Below, piece after piece: positions 13,961 to 17,822 of a stretch of DNA of 17,822 nt; the stretch's first letter is position 1; each line of letters opens with the position of its first letter. The stretch is from positions 1-17,822 of the forward strand of contig JBHGBC010000126.1 of assembly GCA_041946805.1 (NCBI GenBank). Direction: 5' to 3'. This DNA is from a bacterium. Lineage in GTDB: Bacteria > Hinthialibacterota > Hinthialibacteria > Hinthialibacterales > Hinthialibacteraceae. Both the position numbers and the translations under genes were made by a program. The notes under the pieces are model-generated. The model did no database searches, was not told the origin of the DNA, and saw nothing but the letters and a program-made list of their open reading frames with translations.

Positions 13961-16465
13961 ATGGCTGGCCAACCGCGCGTATTTCCACGATACCCCCTGT
14001 TTTGGATGATTCTTGGATTCCTGGCCGCTGCCGCTCCCGCTTGGCCGCAGGAGACGCTGCCCTTCGATCAAGACATCACCCAAAACCTGCCGGCCGGCGA
14101 TTCCACGGCCCGCTTTGCCCTGTCCGGTGGCGAGGGGAATTTTCTGGAGGTGACGCTGAGTCTGCCCAGCCGGGATTTCTCCCTTGCGCTTTCCTTATTC
14201 GATCAAGAGGGGAAATTGATCGAAACGAACGAGGGACAGAATGACCCCCAATTCGCGGGCGCGTATCTGATCGTGGAATTGCCCTACAGCGGTGACTATG
14301 TCCTCCAGGTGGATGCCCAGGATGTCCCCCAACCGGTGGATTACACGCTGCGTTTGCGGGCGCTGGATGGAGACGAACCGGACCGTCTGATCCGCGTCGA
14401 GGAGGCCGCCGAGGGGATCATCGGCCCGGCGGGGGACTTCGACGCGTTTTCCATTTCGCTGCGGGAGGGGAATCCCGTGGCTATCGTGGCGGCCACCCCG
14501 CACGGCATTCTGGATTCGATCGTGGGGGTGTTCACACCGGAAGGGGAATTACTGGATTACAACAACGATTTTTTGGGGACCGGTTCCGTGCTGTATTTCG
14601 AGCCGTATACGACCGGCGAGCATTGGCTGGTGGTACAGGGTTCCCAGCCCGAGTCCGTGGGTCCCTACACCCTGATCGTCCACACCCCGCCGCTTTTGAC
14701 GGCGCCATACACCGCGGCCGACGCCATCACGATCCCCGGCGATGTGTTGCTGTATCGAATGCAGCTGAAGGAGACCCAGGTCTATGACTTCGCGGCGACG
14801 GGCGTGGACAATTTTCAGCCGCTGGTGGCGCTGACCGATCAATACATGAACGTCATCGCGTCGGAAGTGTCGGACGCCACGATCCCCATCGCGTTGATTC
14901 ACGGCTTCACCCCGCTCCAGGACCAGGTCCTTTACTTGTATGTCATGGGAATGGATAACACGATAACCGGAGACTTCGGTTTGGATGTCACCCGGGTGGA
15001 GGATCAGCAGGACGGCATCGAACTGAAGCACGGGGATATTTTCAGCGGGGTGATCGGTCCCGTGGGGGACCGGGACGAATACCGGTTCACCGCCGAGGCC
15101 GGCAAGCGGTATTCGATCCTGGTCACGCCGACCGAGCATTATCTGGATCCCGCGGTGCAGGTTCTGGATTCGCAAGGGAACATCCTTTTCACCAATGACG
15201 ATTCCGCCGACGGGGTGTTTTCCATCCTGAGCGGGATTTCATTGCCCCAGCCGGGCGAGTACCGCGTGCGGGTGCAGGCCTCGCTGGACCAGACCGTCAA
15301 GCAACGGCTCACCGGAGTGTACGTAATCCAACTGGCGGAAGGGACCACCTTCGACCGGGGCGCGCCGCGGATTTACGAGCCGGCCATCCAGGTTACGCCC
15401 CTCGCCGGGGGAGTGCAAATTCTCATCCCCACTCCGGCAATTGCGGACGATACGTATCCGCTGTCCGCCACAATGACCTATGACCGCGAGCCGAAAAGCG
15501 TGGCTTTCGAGGTGAAAAAAGACCAGCCGGTGCAACAGGAATTGGATGCCCAGCCGGATGAGATCTTCTTTCTCACCGCCACCGATTCGGCCGAGTCCCG
15601 CAACACCTCCCTGCCAGTGACGTTGCCCGCCCCCCGGGTTGTCATCACGCTGGGAGGCGATCCCCTGGGATTGGCGGTGGACACGAACAACAACCTGTAC
15701 GTAACCGACTCGCTGGCCGGGACGGTGGTGCGGATCACGATCCAAGGCGCAACCACGACGCTGGTGCAGGGCGAAGCGGCCCAGGGCGGCTCGTTGGGGC
15801 CGAACGCCCTGGCGTTCAACCCGGCGGGGGACCTGTATCTCTCCAACGCGGCCACGTATTCCATCCTCAAGGTCTCTCCCAATGGGGCCACGCAAACCGT
15901 CACCAGCGATGTGAATTACCCGGTGGCGATGATCTTCGACCAGGACAACGTGCTGTACGTGGCGCAAATCGGCTCCGACACGGTGGACCGCGTATACCCG
16001 GACGGCCGCCGGGATACTTGGGTGACCGGCATCCGCAATCCCTCCGGCCTGGCGTTTTCTCCGAGCGGACAGCTCTACGTGTGCAATTCGGACCGGGGGA
16101 ACAGCGGGATCTACCGGATCCTGGCGGATGGCACGCCGGAGGTTTATGGGGCGCCGTTTGCCGACGCCCTCGAGGGCATGGCTTTTGATCAGGAGGGGTA
16201 TCTGTATGTGGCGGACGGATACCAGGGAGTGATTTACCGGATCAGCCCGGCGGGAGAGCGGATCGTCTTCACCCGGGGGCTGGCCGGGCCGGTGGACCTG
16301 GCGTTCGGGAGGGGCGAATACGCCAAAACCCTCTTCGCCACCAACCAAGGGATCGAATACGCTGGATTTTACAGCCAGCAGGTGATCGCCATTCCCACCG
16401 GCCGCGCGGGCCTTCCCAAGCCGTTCGTCCCCACCGGGATTGGGGATTGGATGGTGATGGAGTAG
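13961..16465 (+). CDS. Secreted multidomain protein: about 4 PPC-like beta-sandwich repeats plus an NHL/SMP-30-like beta-propeller
   Basis: Signal peptide (…LAAAAPAWPQ). Repeats such as GIIGPAGDFDAF…LDSIVGVF..EGELLDYNND and GVIGPVGDRDEYRF…LDPAVQVLDSQGNILFTNDD. Propeller blades PLGLAVDTNNNLYVTD, PNALAFNPAGDLYLSN, PSGLAFSPSGQLYVCN and EGMAFDQEGYLYVAD. Confidence 0.85.
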   Translation: MAGQPRVFPRYPLFWMILGFLAAAAPAWPQETLPFDQDITQNLPAGDSTARFALSGGEGNFLEVTLSLPSRDFSLALSLFDQEGKLIETNEGQNDPQFAGAYLIVELPYSGDYVLQVDAQDVPQPVDYTLRLRALDGDEPDRLIRVEEAAEGIIGPAGDFDAFSISLREGNPVAIVAATPHGILDSIVGVFTPEGELLDYNNDFLGTGSVLYFEPYTTGEHWLVVQGSQPESVGPYTLIVHTPPLLTAPYTAADAITIPGDVLLYRMQLKETQVYDFAATGVDNFQPLVALTDQYMNVIASEVSDATIPIALIHGFTPLQDQVLYLYVMGMDNTITGDFGLDVTRVEDQQDGIELKHGDIFSGVIGPVGDRDEYRFTAEAGKRYSILVTPTEHYLDPAVQVLDSQGNILFTNDDSADGVFSILSGISLPQPGEYRVRVQASLDQTVKQRLTGVYVIQLAEGTTFDRGAPRIYEPAIQVTPLAGGVQILIPTPAIADDTYPLSATMTYDREPKSVAFEVKKDQPVQQELDAQPDEIFFLTATDSAESRNTSLPVTLPAPRVVITLGGDPLGLAVDTNNNLYVTDSLAGTVVRITIQGATTTLVQGEAAQGGSLGPNALAFNPAGDLYLSNAATYSILKVSPNGATQTVTSDVNYPVAMIFDQDNVLYVAQIGSDTVDRVYPDGRRDTWVTGIRNPSGLAFSPSGQLYVCNSDRGNSGIYRILADGTPEVYGAPFADALEGMAFDQEGYLYVADGYQGVIYRISPAGERIVFTRGLAGPVDLAFGRGEYAKTLFATNQGIEYAGFYSQQVIAIPTGRAGLPKPFVPTGIGDWMVME

Positions 16466-16558
16466 GGGGGAATTGGCCCGCCAGCTCTTGCCTGGGAAAT
16501 CGCGTGCCAACGGATAGTAGAGGCGGCCGGCGGGCCGTATCGAATAACGCCGTGCGCA

Positions 16559-17539
16559 TCACCGCAGCGATTGGATCATATCATCCGTGATCTCGAACGG
16601 CGTTTGGGATTCATCCAGAAGCAGACGGGGAACATAGGCGCCTAATTTCGTTTGAAAATATTTCGGGATTTGCATGCTTTTTCCGTTTTCCACGTTGATG
16701 ATTTCAGTGACTTTCCTGCCGTAATCATATACCACCAAACAGTTTTCGCCCTCGAGCCAGCCTTGGGGCTGCAAATATTCCTCTTTCAATGCCGGATGAG
16801 TATGAACCATTTCATCATTGTTCGTTCTCCGGATCGTGAAGTATGAACCTTCAATCGAGGGAGAATAATAGTACGAGCCATCCGGGGAGAAAAAGATACC
16901 CTGGTAAGAGGTATCGGCGATTTTCATATTTCTCGGATCGAATGAAACCACGTGCTCATTTTGCAAATATATTTTGTGATCGTGCAACGCCCAAAAAACA
17001 TCAATCACCTGGTTGGGAAGGATTGTTCGATACTGCTTATCCACATCATACACAATCACTTCCCGAGGGATAAAACCAATACCTTCTTCCGAATTTTCAC
17101 CGGTTATGGCAACCAGAGAATTCGAAAGGGACGGATTCCAATAATATCTCCGGACGTTAGGCCATTCGGTTTTTAGTTTATAATTACGGTCCAGAATGAC
17201 GAGTGCGTGTCCAACATCCGCTGCCGGATCCAATCCTTTTTTTTCGATTTCTTCCGGCGGCATGAATTCAGAATAAGTCATCCCCGAATATTGGAACGCT
17301 AAATAGGTATGATCAAAGGACCATGATAGATCATCAATATGGCGATTGGAAATGTATTTGACCCGTGTTTCCTTTTCGGCAGGATCATATTCCACAATAT
17401 GCCATTCGTATTGATCATCGATCTTGGTCCGTTCAATGCATGTCAAAATTGGATGGTTCGGACCAGCGCCATGAGATTCAAGCAGATAGGCACTTGAGAT
17501 CATAAAGAATAATAATTGTGAGTATATTTTGCATTTCAT
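16559..17539 (-). CDS. Hypothetical exported protein, possible TolB/WD40-like beta-propeller; low GC
   Basis: 326-aa ORF in AT-rich DNA with an N-terminal hydrophobic stretch. Blade-like motifs LSWSFDHTYLAF, YYWNP and FFSPDGSYYY. Confidence 0.75.
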   Translation of the reverse strand: MKCKIYSQLLFFMISSAYLLESHGAGPNHPILTCIERTKIDDQYEWHIVEYDPAEKETRVKYISNRHIDDLSWSFDHTYLAFQYSGMTYSEFMPPEEIEKKGLDPAADVGHALVILDRNYKLKTEWPNVRRYYWNPSLSNSLVAITGENSEEGIGFIPREVIVYDVDKQYRTILPNQVIDVFWALHDHKIYLQNEHVVSFDPRNMKIADTSYQGIFFSPDGSYYYSPSIEGSYFTIRRTNNDEMVHTHPALKEEYLQPQGWLEGENCLVVYDYGRKVTEIINVENGKSMQIPKYFQTKLGAYVPRLLLDESQTPFEITDDMIQSLR

Positions 17540-17624
17540 TTTCTCATCTCTCGTTATGCAACTATGGCAAATCCTGGAATAGCGTTCATGATAAGGTTAT
17601 GTGATTCGATCTGCTTTATGCCGA

Positions 17625-17689
17625 GGGCGGTCCACATAGTCCGCCTGATCAATATTCCCTCACCCTGATCCTCTCCCAGAGGGAGAGGG
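17625..17689 (+). repeat. Composite element C-D
   Basis: C-like 17625-17650 (GGGCGGTCCACATAGTCCGCCTGATC), 6 nt, D at 17657-17689 (CCCTCACCCTGATCCTCTCCCAGAGGGAGAGGG). Confidence 0.82.
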
Positions 17690-17765
17690 AATCGGTTCGT
17701 AATTCCCTCTAGGTTCATACCGTGGATAAAGCGCCATGGATGTTGTGAGTTCGGGTAATAAGTTA

Positions 17766-17822
17766 CCTGCTTCCGTGAACCAAAATCCTAGTAAAATCCT
17801 CTCAACACCTTGATAAATAATG
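17766..17822 (-). repeat. Right copy of the ~57-bp inverted repeat, truncated by the window end
   Basis: Its reverse complement aligns with 107-163. Begins CCTGCTTCCGTGAACCAAAATC on the + strand. Confidence 0.85.

Noticed and set aside
16520..16540. Terminator between the convergent genes (CGGCC/GGCCG stem)
   Set aside because: Short stem with no U-tract on either strand.

Overview
Mostly GC-rich bacterial chromosomal segment from a diderm, flagellated organism. Left to right: (1) about 1 kb of non-coding DNA with a probable IS end and repeats; (2) a secreted beta-helix protein; (3) an MNT-HEPN toxin-antitoxin-like pair whose HEPN gene is frameshifted by a perfect 20-bp tandem duplication; (4) a PNPOx-like FMN-binding protein; (5) a DUF1573/rhodanese/MauE-DoxX Cys-motif operon; (6) a minus-strand flagellar rod/ring operon flgF-flgG-flgA-flgH-flgI-flgJ-flgN behind a sigma54-type promoter; (7) a small hypothetical protein; (8) a large secreted PPC-repeat/beta-propeller protein; (9) a low-GC orphan gene. 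The most notable non-coding features are a composite, fixed-spacing mosaic of different REP-like palindromes that fills the flagellar intergenic regions, a ~150-bp direct repeat bracketing flgA, and a ~57-bp inverted repeat at the two ends of the window. No complete novel enzymatic system can be proven from the sequence alone. All family assignments come from motif recognition by eye, not from database searches.
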